NCBI GenBank assembly: GCA_016748015.1
Contig: JAAOMT010000710.1
Coordinates: forward strand, 124,001-188,000
Direction of reading: 5' to 3'
From: Geosiphon pyriformis uo1
Taxonomy: Eukaryota; Fungi; Glomeromycota
Length of the DNA: 64,000 nucleotides
Shown here: positions 12,325 to 25,837 of the stretch, in pieces
Position numbering within the stretch: position 1 is the stretch's first letter
How the letters are laid out: the number at the start of each line of letters is the position of its first letter
Program-made: the position numbers and the translations under genes
Notes under the pieces: generated by a model
The model's input: only the letters and a program-made list of their open reading frames with translations
What the model was told of the DNA's origin: nothing
Database searches by the model: none

Positions 12325-15300
12325 TTTAGACTCTCTTGTTACCTTTTAAAAAGAATAACAACTAAGATATTTATAAAACTGATCTTGTACATTAAATTCT
12401 TACTAATTTAATTTGCTTATTAAAGTTAAATTACTCTTTTAATTATTTTATTACTATACAATACTGTTTTTTCTTACTATCCATTAGCTTGTTAATCTAA
12501 CCATAAAAATTTAATATTAGTATAAGATATATTAATAAAAAAGACAGCCAAAAACAAATAACCCAATCTTGTTTTAAATTATTTTGTTTAAAGCTGTTAA
12601 AAATTTAAGCAAATAGATGAAAATTATAAGAAATAATTCATGAGAGAATTGCAGAAATAAAAAGGCTAAACTGGTAGTTAACAATCATAAAATTAAAGAG
12701 CAAAAGATTAAATTCAACTTACTATTACAGAAATCAACATTAGATTAATACAAAAAATTGGGTTTACTTAATAAAACTTTTCCAAAACAGTTTTTGCTGG
12801 CAAACAACCTGATATTGGGCGAATAATCTTCTACTAGCATTTTTTAAGATCATTGACTTTGAAATATCAATTTGTAGTCATAATTTGTAAATCTTCGTTA
12901 CGGTTGAAAAACCATAGTTTTTATTAATTATTACATGTATTAGCCAATAATGTCATATAACTAGCCACTCTATTTTTAGATAGTAATCGTTGATCTGATC
13001 AATAACCTGACCGTTGACTTAGTCGCTCAATAACTATATAAGCGGTGAGTCCTTCAGCTGTAAAAAAATTCAAAAAAATAAAAATCACTTCTAAATATCC
13101 AATCCTTCTATATTGCTTATTTCACTTTTCCAATTCCTTCAAGTATCTAAACATCTGTGGATAAAAGATTACTTGTTGGCATTCACATAACTTATCTTTT
13201 CCCCTTTCTGATTTGTATTGTTAGAATTAGCCTTAGAAGCAATTGCTTGCTCTTGTGATTTATTGAATAAAGAAAAGATTGAAAAGCACAACGATACCTG
13301 TTATTGACTCTAAGAATCGCCGAGTGGGGCATAGAATAATAGAGGTGGTGTTATCTTGTTGACAATCACAAACTATTCTTTTACCTTCAGATTTCCCAGA
13401 AAAGATTAAGCGACTGTGATTTTGAGACTGATCACGCACATTGGATCCTTAGAAATTCAATTCGCTCCTTTAATTGAATTTCCCCTTTGATTATTTCCAT
13501 CACCCTCAATAGCCTTTTCCTTTGCTATCCGTTAGCTTGTTACTCCAACCCTTAACAATATCAATTATTTAAACACTGTTTGGTGAGTGATATTTTCAAC
13601 AGTAGAAAAAGTATTTCTCAGTCAGTAACTAGTGAAAATCTATCAAAATTCTTATTTTAAAGAAAATTCTCAGCTTTAAACATTGTCCAGGAGTTTTTTT
13701 TTCATAATCGCTAAATTTTGCTGAATTAATAATTCACATCCAAATTCGAATTTACTCTAAAATATTTAGTCCAAATGCGATGCGCTTCAACAAAAATCGA
13801 ATCAAACCAAGAAAGTTTCGCAGCTTTTCTTTCTGCTAGTTTATTTTGATACAAATAAATGAAAGTCATACCATTCTCTGGTTTTTTGTCAGTGGCTTCA
13901 GAATCACGACAATGCAAATAACTGTGAATCAAGTTAATTTGGAGGAATGCGATTAGAGATTGATAAAATATCAACCACAATTATTAGCAAACGAGAAAGA
14001 TAGTAATGTATTTCATTGAAAAATCAACAATGATTCAATCAAATATAGTTGACATCACTTCAAGTCAAATATCCAACATCAACCCACAAGGGACAAAGGT
14101 AAGACTCGATTTTTGTACCGGCTTCAAGCAAGAAAGAAACTAACTAGTTCATATTCGGGAATGTGGGATGATGTTAAGTGTCATTATCATTATTTTCTAA
14201 TAATACGTGTGAATAAATTCTTGAGCTTCATGTTTTACTTGGTCAAATAGATAAATCGAGCATCCATCTATCTTATTTAATAGAAAAAATGGTAGTTTTG
14301 GTTACAATATAACAATTAAGATTATTAGTTTTACAAGTCATTATCTGAAGAAAGAAATCATTCAAAAAAACACAAATAGATAGTTACATCAATATTACTT
14401 TGAGCAGTCCCTTCCGCGGTTTTTGAATCCGAGCATTTTGAGGATGAAACAAATTTTGGTTATCAAGGACTTTCTTTAAAAATTTTACTGAAAAAAAACT
14501 TGTCCAACAAAAACATCCCCAAGTTTGCGATAATAGAAAAAATCTAAATTTAGAGAAGCAATCTAAAGCCAAAAAGAAAAAGTCCTGAATCAATCAATAT
14601 AAAAAAATGCCTTTGACTTTGAGGATTTTATTATGCGCTAATTTTTAAATTTTTGATGTTCTGATGTTGGTTGCTTAAACGTTTAGAATTTTTTAGCTAA
14701 TAAACTTGGGAAGCGCTTATCAAGAAATATGACAAATACTTTATTTATTGAATTATCATGGCTTTTGATTACAGCTTTAACTCTTTTCTTGATTTTTAGT
14801 GGTTGGAACTTTTGTAAAAACTCTTAAAAAAAATGGTAATTAAACATAACTGTTTTAAATAAAAATAATATTGTAATAAAATAAAACGTTTAGATGGATA
14901 TATTAATAACGAAATCAAAAGTTTGATTAAAAATAGTAATTATTGTTGAATTCGAATGATTTTGTGTTATTCATTCATGGACTTAATCTATTGTGACCCA
15001 AGTTTTCGGCTTCAGCGATGGGTTACTGGTATTGGTGATATGATAAGGAAGTTCAGTTTCCGTTATGTTTCTTTTCCAAGATCATCCATTTCCCATTCGA
15101 TAAAGTCGTGATCAAGTTGTTTTGAATAAGAAAACTATATTACTAAATTGTGACGATAGAGCAACATACATTAATTTGTCTCATCCGTTTAGGTGAATTG
15201 TTTATTTCACAAAATTCTTCACGACACTTACAATCATTGAATTACCGACAGAATAAAGGTTATAGAAGGGAATGAGTAAAAATTTAAAGGGGAACCCCAA

Positions 15301-15452
15301 TCATGATTTTTAAATTAGTGGTATCAACAGTAAATTAGCAATAAATAAATTGTTTAGTCTAATTCATCATTCACTAGCTCCCAAAATTATAAATAAAAAT
15401 AATTAGTCAGCACAAAAAAGTCAACTTTCACCAGCGACAAAATTTTAATTTT

Positions 15453-16347
15453 TTATTCTTGGTTCTGCGCAGCAGCCCAGGCTCCGTACTCCTCTTCATC
15501 ATCATCACCTTCTTCTTCTCCATCACCTAATAATGTTACATAATTCTCTGGTACCAGACCAGTCTCCTCACCCAAATCAGCAACCAACCAACCCGCACAT
15601 CGCCGAGATCGTATCAACAATATATCTCCTTCTGAAAAACTGAGCTCGCTCTCGTTCTCACCCTGAAAATCATATAATGCACGTGCTCGGCGATCCGTAA
15701 ATTCATCGTCCTCCTCGTCTATTGCATTTTGGTCCATATTATTTTGACCCCAGTGTCGGCTGTCATCTGCGGGAAAAGCAAAATCACGAATTTTCATATC
15801 TAGTTCAATATCATCATAAAGTGCTGGGATATCTTTTGATCCTGGAAATAATGAAAATCATTTAATTTATCCATTTCAATCAAGTATGAAATTCGAAAGT
15901 GATGAATCAAGTAAAACTACCTTTGACATTCTAAATTTCGAGAATCAGAAATGAAAAATCCACGAATATGATAATTCGAATTAATATCGTATATTTCAAA
16001 TCTCGGCGAAAATAGTGACAAGGAACATAGGCTTACCGAGCGGACCCTTTTCTTCTCAGGCTCCTCCCAAAAATCTTCTTCATCCTTTACAAAGTCTGTA
16101 CCACTCACACCACCACCACCACCACCATAGTAATCACTCAACGTTTTTGCCAAGGAGTTCATCAATTCAGCCGGATCAAAATCGATTGGACTACTATTAG
16201 CATTATTTTGATTATCCATCTCTACAGTTGAGCTTCGACTATCTTTAGTCGGGGAAAGTTGTAAAACGGGAGTTTGAGAGCACGACGTCCGTGATAAGCG
16301 TTTCGTTTTCAATTCTTCACGTAATTCAGTATTATTCTTATTCTTAC

Positions 16348-16378
<31 letters not shown>

Positions 16379-16408
16379 GCTAATAGAAGTTGTCTGTGTA
16401 CTGCTCAT
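15453..16408 (-). CDS. NBP2: Nbp2/Skb5-like SH3 adaptor (HOG pathway phosphatase adaptor); exons 16408-16037, 15930-15921, 15841-15453; 256 aa
   Basis: IRDFAFPADDSRHWG motif (Nbp2 N-terminal Ptc1-binding type) followed by SH3 ALYDFQGENESELSFSEGD..GWLVA..GLVPENYV. GT-AG splicing gives 771 nt in frame. Confidence 0.8.
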
Positions 16409-17334
16409 AAGACTAATATCGTTATTTTTGTTGTTTAAATCTAAGAAAGAATTAACTAATTAAGTTTTGTACGAGAAATGAGAGTGAGAATTGAGTGACA
16501 AATAATCAAGCGAAAAAAACAAGAACATTTCTATGACCCACCTTTTCCATTTTCAAAAGGTTGTGTAATTCCAACAGTCAGTGTCGCAGTTGCTTCTTGT
16601 GTCATTTTGGAGGCAGGTTATATCGGGTGTGATAATTATTGAGTACCTAGATTTGATTTTACGAGCAAGCAAGGAGGTGATTCGTGGAAGAAAGGCCAGT
16701 ATACGACTAATGACAGGGGGCTTGTGGTCGAAGCGTTAAGAGAAATGTGAAAGAAGTGGTCTGAAGAAAATGGTTTGATAAGTCATTCATAACTTTATTA
16801 ACCCCCGCACTCCGTACACAAACAAAGAGGATTCCAGGTTGATGTGAGATGGCAAGTTGGAATGTTACCTAAAATTTCGGTTGTCAAACAACCCACGGGT
16901 CTGTAAATTTTTCCGGAACCCGAAAAAGCAATGAGTCATTGAAATTAAATATGATCACACTATCTTATTACAAGAATCCAGGATGATTTATTTCAATTTT
17001 TCTTGTCACCACTTTTATAAATCTTTAAATGGATTCCCTTTTTGAAGCGTTTCAATTCCTATAATTATATTCCCGCGAGTTTTCAACTTCTAAGTGTCAT
17101 GTCTTTGAAAATATGAGAAAACTAAATCAACATTTATAGAAATAACCGAGTACACTTGAGTCTCTCATGGAAAACAAAAAATACCAACGGTATTCAATGA
17201 TCTGTTGGTTAATAGCAAAATTTTATTACAAAAAAAATTCAGGTAAGCTTCATTAAACGGGGCGTTCAAATACTTGGCTAATTATTTCGCTTCCTTGAAT
17301 TAGTATAATTAAATGCTTGGTCAATGTAAACGCC

Positions 17335-19535
17335 TTATTGAAAAGCACATTCGACTACTTTTCTGGTAGAATCGTCTCCAATTATTTTGCCGGAGGAAAT
17401 GCTACCTTCAAGAAGAGACTGAAACTTTTTGGTAGAGAAAACCTTTCCTTGAAAAGCAGATTCATCTACCATGTTAGTAAAAGTGCCCTCTTGAAGAATA
17501 GGTGGAGCTTCATTCCCAGAAGAGATGGTTCCTTGAATTTGAAAAGAGGATTCAAATACAGTGCCAGTAGACGTGCTTTCTCGGAAATTAGATTGAACAA
17601 TTTCCCTTTTTTGAATCTTAGATTTGACCACTTTGCGACCCGACTTGCTTCTTTGAGTAGCAGACTCAGTCACTACTTTAATAGCCCTTCCTACTTTAGG
17701 AGGAGCAGATTCGACCACTTCCCCAACACCCGTGTTTTCTTGAAAAGCAAAATCAACTACTTCCCCGATAGGCCGGCTCTTTTGAGGAATAGATTCAACA
17801 ATTTCATCCATTGAGCTGATTGCTTGAAGAACAATAGGTTCCACTACTTCACCCTTGGAATTGGATCCTTGAAAATTGGATTCGCTTCTTTCTTGAATGA
17901 TGATTGCTGGGGCTTCTTCACACATGTACTTGTTTTTTAATTGAGATGAATTCCCTTCCTCATCAACATCAACATAAAAAGAAGATTTGTGGTCTTCCGG
18001 GAGGGGCTCTTCTTTCTTTTTAAATCCTCTTTTCTTTTTAGAATTAATTGGATCATCTTTACTGGCCTTTTTTTTTGTTGGAGTAATTTGAAGAGAGATG
18101 TTACAGGTCGTTTATTACGTATAATGTTATCTTTTTGATTAACCAAGACTCACCTCAGCCACAGCATCCATATACCTTTTCCATTGTGCATCTATGCTTT
18201 GATTTTCATGTTCGACACGGGTTTCTAACTCCCTTCTAGCAACAGGGTTTAAACTCTCAAACACTACACTCATCTGTTCTTCGATATCCTTTCTTGTCGC
18301 TTTTTTATTTCCCTTCATGTGCCTGAAAACATTCCTTTGCTCTTTATAAAATATTTCTCGTGCTGTTGTGTGACGTGGGGCTCTTCGCACGTTTTCAAAT
18401 TTTTCAGGAATAGGAATCACCAGGGGTTTGGCTGGGATTGGGAGATACTTTTTTTGCTTCATTCTCTCCTCTCTATCTTCTTTGGTCCGTCTTGCCTTTG
18501 TTACATCATATGGTTTCTTTAAAAATTCGTACAACCGATCCACCAATTCTTCCTAAGTGGTGGAATTTTTGAGCTGTGATCTTTCCAAAGCAATCTGGAT
18601 CAATTTTTGGTATATACCTTATCTCCGGAAGTTTTTATATCAAACATTTTCAAGAGTTCACGTAATTCTGCAAGAGTCCATTTTGCGATGTTGTTGCGTG
18701 CAATAACTCCATCATGCTGGTGTAAAAATGTAAAATGAGAAAAATTCTTGAATATATATAGAGAAAACAATATCAACTATTGAAATAAGAGAGTTACTCA
18801 CGGGAGTTTTAATGATAAAACCGGAAAACGCCCGAATATGCTTTTTAACATCCTTATTATAGCCAATGCGATCAAACAAAAGTTTGTGGAAAGCGCGGCA
18901 AAGTTCATCGTTAACCCTATAATGGGCGAGTCTTGCATTGACTATGGTTTCAAGAAAGCGTGCGAGTTTTGAAAATCGTTGTTCCAAGATAGGGGAGTTA
19001 ATGATAGAATGAATGCCTTGGGAAAAACCGGGCCTGCTTACATGACTCTATATTACCAAGGCAGATGCCTGGGCCCTATGTGAGAGAGTTTGAAAAAAAT
19101 AAAAGATAAAAATTGAATCTTGAATTCAAGAGGTGAAGGTGTAGAAGTAATTAAACCTCTTTTTGAATTGATAAATTGAACAATTCTCTTTCCCAATTAT
19201 TTGATTCAAAAATTTTTTCATACCTTATAAACTTTAATTTCTTTAAGGAATCTCATTCTACTTCCGTCATATTCAGTTTCCAAGCGAGCCACAGGCTTAA
19301 TGGCCCGACGAGGTCTTTCAATTCCCTTTCGTGGTGATTGTGGTAGTGGTGGTGGTGGTGGCGGTGTTGCTGCTTGAATTATTTTTGAAACAGTCACATT
19401 TCGAAAGCTAGTACTCTCAAAAGGAGCGGCCACTTTTTCGTCAGGTTTATTTTCTTCTGCCCAGCAAGAATTCCCTTGGTTTGGGGGACATATTCCCTCA
19501 AATTTAATTGAGGGCGAATTCGACACGTTAGTCAT
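17335..19535 (-). CDS. DEK: DEK-like chromatin protein (pseudo-SAP/SAP) with HMG-box-like domain and repetitive tail; exons 19535-19224, 19075-19042, 18941-18802, 18716-18618, 18552-18154, 18066-17335
   Basis: Spliced core GPGICLGNIESF..FHKLLFDRIG..VKKHIRAFSGF..KWTLAELRELLKMFDIKTSGDKEELVDRLYEFLKKP matches the DEK core. All introns are GT-AG with consistent phases. The last acceptor is weak. Confidence 0.8.
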
Positions 19536-19987
19536 GATAGTCTTTGCCAACAACAACACTATTGAGTAGTGGCTCAATTTTATTTTATTTTATTTTTGAA
19601 AATTGGGAAATTGTGCTAGTCATAGATCGGGATGTCTTGCCCAATCACCATGAATAAAAATTTTAATGTGTATCAAAATAAAATTGTGACTCAAATCTTG
19701 CTGCTCTATTGTAAAAAACCCTAAAGCTTTTGATGATAAACTAAATACGGAATCCAAAAATCCAGTAGTGTAGAAAATAGTAATGCTAAATAAATAATAA
19801 AGTCATCTCAGAGTACAACCTTCTGTTTTTACAAGATAATTGAATTGTCGTGATATGTAAAATGTTGAGCAACAATGGTCTAATAGTATTTCAACCAGTC
19901 TACAGGTGATGTCGTTCTTCGAATGTCATTCAAATACTTTCTAGATATTTATCCTCACGGTCAAACAAAATCATCAAATCTTTTAAA

Positions 19988-22335
19988 TTATGAAATGATA
20001 CAATCGTTCTTCTTTTTCTCCTTTTTTCTTTTCTCTTTTTCAACAGAGGAAGCCGTGGTGATGGTACTTCCAGAAGATGATTGTGCTGCACTGTCGGTTT
20101 GATTGTTTGATTGTTGTTGCGGCTGGTTTGATTGTTTTCGTTGGTCTAGTCGGAATGCAAGAAGCGTTCGGTTACCTTTTCGATTTTGTTGTTCCTGTTC
20201 TTGTCTTTTTTGAGATTGTTGTTGTGTCTGCTGCAAAATTTGATTATGCTGACGACGATACTGTGCTTCCTTCTCTTCTTCTTGTTGCTGCAGACTTAGT
20301 GCGAGTGCATAACTATTTAGAGAAAAGTTGTATTATAGATAAGCAATAGTTGAATCACTTTGAAACTTAATCTTTTCAAGAAATAAAATTAAATAAATAT
20401 AATCAACTCGAATAAAAATAATTGCTCTAAAACTTACTCCTGGTCACCACCGCCGACTATATCGGAATTGTGTTCGTCCACAACATCTAGATAATCCGAC
20501 CCAGCTAAGTCACTTTTGAAGAATAGTCCATTAAGAAATTCCGATGCGCTTTGGTCCACATCCGTCAGAGATTCCCATACCACTGATCGTTGGTTGACGA
20601 AGCCTGCGTCAGTTACAAGCACATATAAGCTTGAGGTTGCGGGATTTTTGTAGAGTGTCGAGAACTTGATGCGACATTATATTAATTATAAGAACCGACA
20701 TTACACTTGAGCATAGGCACGAAATTAATTATCAATGGCACTCTGGAAACAGGTGAGAACAATTATACCAAAAGCTCACACAAACTATGACAAACTCACA
20801 TGATTGTTCCTAAAAAAAACACAAATATGGCCAGATGGTAGCGCCTCTGCTAGCGTTAATAATCCGTGATAAGTTAGTTGTGTTGCGGTAGAATTGAGAA
20901 AATGTGATACGATCAAAGCTACAAAAAATGAACAAAACAAGTTTTGTGAAATTCCTCAATTGATCCCGAATAATCCATTATAATAAAAAGAAATGGATAT
21001 AGGTTCGCGTACCATCTTTGGCGTCAGCGTTAAATGTCCCAACCGAGTTTCCATGTGCAATACTTCCGACTCCAGCCTCACCAAAACTTTCCACCACTAA
21101 ACCTTTGCTTAAATCATCTCCTCTCACGACACACTCTACTGCCCGATTATAACTCCCACACTTTCCCACCACAACGTCCCACGCTTCTTCGTCCTGAGGG
21201 TCAACTACCCAACCATGCACCAGATCGACATTAAACACATCAAATATAGATAGTTCAGCAGTTGGTTCAAATCCGTGAATTGAATTAAACCTAACATTTA
21301 CATCTAATCCCGCCTGCAAAGAAGGGATAATGGAAAGTGCTGCATTAAGCGTATGATGATAATCGTGCAGAGAAGGTTGTAAAATCGGAGGTAAAGGTTT
21401 CGAATTTTCGCTCTTCCCATTTGATTGTTGTTGTGGTTGTTGCTGACCATTATAAAGCTCACCGTTTGTAACTTTTATCTGAAATCAAAAAAAAGTTTTT
21501 TAAAAATGAATTTCGCTAAAAATATACCAAATTCCTGTTTAATTATTACCTCAGCTTCACCAGGCGCGATCAATCTTAACAAATAATCTCCTAATAATTC
21601 TACAAGAAATTCATATGTAACACTGGGACGATCGTAAGGTCGAATTTCAATATCACCGCGAAGTATGAGCACATTACCTAGTTTAAAGGTGTCAAGAAAA
21701 ATTAAGCATAAAAATTGGTTCAAGAAGGATCTTGGAAAAAAAAATATCAACAACACAATATATGATCGGCAAATTTCCAATCAAATGAAAAGGATACAAA
21801 GAGCGTGTAAAGGACAGGGCCCATTTTCTAAATAAAAAAAAAATATTAAGAAAAAACAAAAAGTTAGATTATTTTGAATGTTAATTATTGAAAAGACCAT
21901 TTTTAACTCGCAACAAAACCATATGCTTATGGCTTCCATATGCTCAGATTCTAAAAGGCGAACAGAGCACACACCTCCACGCTCACATCATATGAATACC
22001 TCCCTACCGTTCTGCGTAATGACTTTCAACTGTTTGACCTCACCAGACAGGGGGTCTGGCCATTCGATTGCTTTCAAATGATATTCGTTTGCAAATTTTC
22101 CCGTTTCAGAATCCTTTTCTTCACCCAAAGTTTGCGGTGGCCGAGCGGACGAGGCACCACCGTCAAGAGGGCCTACAGCTCTTTCTGGCGATGGGGTTGG
22201 TATTGTTATCTCGGTTTCTCCGTCTAGTTGAACATCCCTGTCAACCGCTTTTCCTTTACCCTTTACTTGGGCTGATATAGCGGAAACATATTGAGATTCC
22301 TCTTTTTGTTCCATTACGTCGGAAATTGAAGTCAT
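19988..22335 (-). CDS. MINDY1: MINDY-1/2 family K48 deubiquitinase with MIU motif and C-terminal CAAX
   Basis: TQNENGPCPLHALCNVL (catalytic Cys), GLDVNVRF, LVHGWVVDP, FFRNNHFSTLYK (catalytic His), LVTDAGF, DYALALSLQ (MIU), C-terminal CIIS. Confidence 0.93.
21678..21797 (-). other. U12-type GT-AG intron in MINDY
   Basis: 5' site GTATCCTTTT. Branch TTTTCTTGAC ends 13 nt before the intron end. Splicing restores ALCNVLILRG. Confidence 0.88.
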
Positions 22336-22834
22336 GCTATTTTGCGTGATTAACTTAATGTGTAATACTTTATTTTCTCTTGATAGTCAAGGAACAAATG
22401 CAACAATACAGGCAAGATATGACCTACTTTTATGTTACATTCGGGATTGGTCATCAGTTTATTTGGGTAATACAGAGGACCTGAAAGATGTACAACTTTA
22501 TCGCTGAAATGTCTTTTGCGGTATTTGATACTACAATGTTTATCAAAATTTCTTAAATCATGGTTCTTTAGAATTTTAGCAAAAACTGTGGTTCCCATAC
22601 AACCGAAAGGATTGTGCAAAATTGATCACATATTTAATGGAGTAATAGGGAAATAAACAAATCGACAATAACTAGCGTATTATTTGAAGCAATGATTTGC
22701 TAAAAGAGCATCACTGCTAGAGAAAGTCTTAAAAATTTTATCAAAGATTTTCAGAAAATTGTTCGTTTGTTTTCCACCATTAAAAAACCTTGGCCAGATT
22801 AAGAAGAAAATTTAAAAATAGCCAGGTTTTTGAT

Positions 22835-24502
22835 TTATTGGGCACTAACACGTGTTGATGGGTTTGATGGGTTTGATGGTGCTGATGGTTTGAATCCAGT
22901 GTTACTGTTATTATTGTTGCGTGGACCTTTTGTGTTGAAAAAATAATACATTAACAATTAAATTCTAGAGAGATTAAAATCCCATTTCTTTAGATTATAT
23001 AAATATGTGATTACCAACCTTGATATCCACTCCCTCCTCTTCCACCGGCGACTCCAGAGGCACCACGTCCACCACGATAATTGCCATTTTGAAAACCGGT
23101 ACCACCACTACCATTACCACCATTACCACTACCACCATTGTTTTGATGTCCACCTTCTCTGTAATTATCTCTTCTTGGACCAGAACCCGTGCCTTGTGGG
23201 CGAAATGCACCGCCCCGATTGCCACGGAAAGAACGAAATTGGTTTGATGATCGAAAATTATTATTATTATTAGGAAAACTTTGTTGAAAAGCTTGATTAT
23301 GATGCGGTTGTGTTTGATTTTGAAAGGGCAAATTCTGTGAGCCTTGTTGTGATTGATGTTGATTCATTTGGGGTTGAGGTTGCTGTGGCAAGTTTGTATT
23401 TTGTTGTTCTTGCTGGCCTTCGTAATGCTGTGATGGTTGATTTTGATATTTTGGATTTTGTTGCCTTTGATTACGAGGTTGTTGAAGGTTTTGTTGTTGT
23501 TGTATATCACCTTGATGTTCAACAGCAAGGCGATCAGCTTTTTGTTGTTGTCGCCTTGATTTACTGGGTTTACGTTGTAATTGTCTACTACCATCATGGC
23601 CCGGATGTTGTTGCGAATGATCAAGATTTTGTGGAACTGAATGTTCGTTGGTTTGTGCATGTTGTTGAGGTCCTGTGGAAGGAGTAGTTCGTCGATTTCC
23701 AAGGCGTTGACCATGATCTTTTTGATGGTCATCAGAATAGGAATCCGCAACGACTTTGGAAGGTAAATTTGGTAGGTGACTTTGGGCCGTGGGATCTTGT
23801 ATAATACTTTGATGGGGTTCATTTACTTGCTGCTGCTGCTGTTGTTGTTGTTGTTGTTGTTGTTGTTGGTGAGTAATGGGCACATTTTCGGTCGATTTAA
23901 CCTCAGTAAGAATGTGTTGTTGATCATCAACTTGCGATTCATTACCATTTTGAGTAACCTCTTGATGTTGATGCAAAATGTAATTATTTTCCACCAAATG
24001 TTGCTCTACAACTTGATCACGTTCATTAACGAGTTGCTGGTGCTCTTGATGAACTTTTTGCTGATCAAGGAACTGTTGTATAAATTGTTGCTGTTGTTGT
24101 TCATCATTTTGATCAGTATATCCTTCTGTTGACGGAATTTGCTCAAATGCCCCAGCTGATGTTTCTCCTTGAATAAAGGAGTGTTCGAAAAGTTGAATAA
24201 AAAATGTGGTACGCTAAGAAATTGAGAGTTTCATCAAAAGCCTACCTACCAGGTAATTCAGAGGGCGGAACCATAAATTTAAGACCTCCGGGAGGAACAG
24301 TTCGAACACCATGAACTGGAAAATAATTTCGCCAGAATGTTAGATATTTTGATCGAATCATCCACCACACAATAGATTCTTACCAAGAGCGTCATCTTCT
24401 GTATACTCATTATCTCCGTGAATATGTTGATCGGGATTAGCATCAACAACAACAACAATATCATCATCCTCATCATTATCATTGTCATTATCATTACTAT
24501 AA

Positions 24503-24563
<61 letters not shown>

Positions 24564-24589
24564 CATCATCATCATCATTATTGTTATCA

Positions 24590-24653
<64 letters not shown>

Positions 24654-25768
24654 CGTTGTTGTTGTTGTTGATGTTATTATTAGAATAATCATTATCATCA
24701 ATTTCAGGATTATTTTCGGCTGGAATTGAAATCTCGTCAGAGTTTTCTGCTATCGGAGGGCTTAAAACCAATGAACGTATATGAGCATCTAAAGAGGATG
24801 GAAATATGTTAGTCAAGCAAGAATATAATTTAAATTGGTTGGTAAAATCCAAAAAGTGGTAAAAGATAATTTAATATACATGTATGCCCTGTGGTTGAGT
24901 CAGAATCTTGTTCAGCGCTGTTTGATCCTTTATTTATTATTTCATCTCCTCCTTGAAACTTATTGATGAGAGCAACAATTTCGCGTTCTTTTTGTTCGCG
25001 CATTTCTTCATTCACGGCTTCTCCTGCCAGATGAAATAGCAAACCACGAAAATTTTCCACAGAGTCATTCTCGCTTTCAGACAACTGAGTAATTCCGACA
25101 TTTTGAAAATGAACAAGTCGGAAAAAGAGAAGAAGATATAAAAGAGAGTTTGTATAGGTAGCCTGTATAAAATTGAGTGATTGATAACGACTAAAGATTA
25201 GTAATTAATAAATTGAAAAAGCATATATATTATTGAACAATGGATACCTCGGATTTTTTCACCGCCTTAACAACAGCTTCTTCGCGTTCAATCTCTTGCG
25301 CCTTTTTTTGCTTTTTTTGGGCTTTTATTTCCTAAAATGAGGAGTAAAAAGTTTATAGCACATAAATAATTTGAGATCAATATCAATAGATTGTGCATCA
25401 TGATTTTTACCTCGGCTTCAACAGTAGCTATGTTCTTTAAAATAATATCAAATTCATGAATGGCAAATTCAATTTCACCCTTTTTTTCCAAAGCTTGAAG
25501 CTGCTCACGGACGAGCTTTTCTTTCCCATCCGGTCCCGAATTTAAGGTCTCCTCAACTTTTAAACATTTATCCTTTTGAATATAATTAGAAGATATGAAA
25601 AAATATGGCGTATTGTATAAGTTTGAAATGTTTTATTGTTTGGGTTTATTAACTGTTTTAGCAATATTCGTTGAGTATACTGAGGAGTCTTTGAATCAAG
25701 TAAGGTATTTAGGTATATCCAAAATGGCATCTGAAGGACAATGGTTTAGTAGAGATGTGTGCAACTTG

Positions 25769-25837
<69 letters not shown>

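Noticed and set aside
17317-17814. 165-aa plus-strand ORF
   Set aside because: Antisense shadow of the repetitive last exon of the DEK-like gene, with no recognisable motif.
21944-21991. C/D-box-like pair (ATGATGT..CTGA) in MINDY intron 1
   Set aside because: Only 48 nt, imperfect C box, and no rRNA complement that I could recognise.
25169-25247. Caprin-like intron starting GTATCCATT as a third U12 intron
   Set aside because: Mismatch in the U12 5' consensus and no CCTTRAC-type branch near the in-frame AG; treated as U2 type.
25771-25836. Long poly-T (sense poly-A) in Caprin-like intron 1 as a retroposed tail
   Set aside because: No attached element body or clear TSD; long homopolymers are common in this region (e.g. 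~47423-47486).
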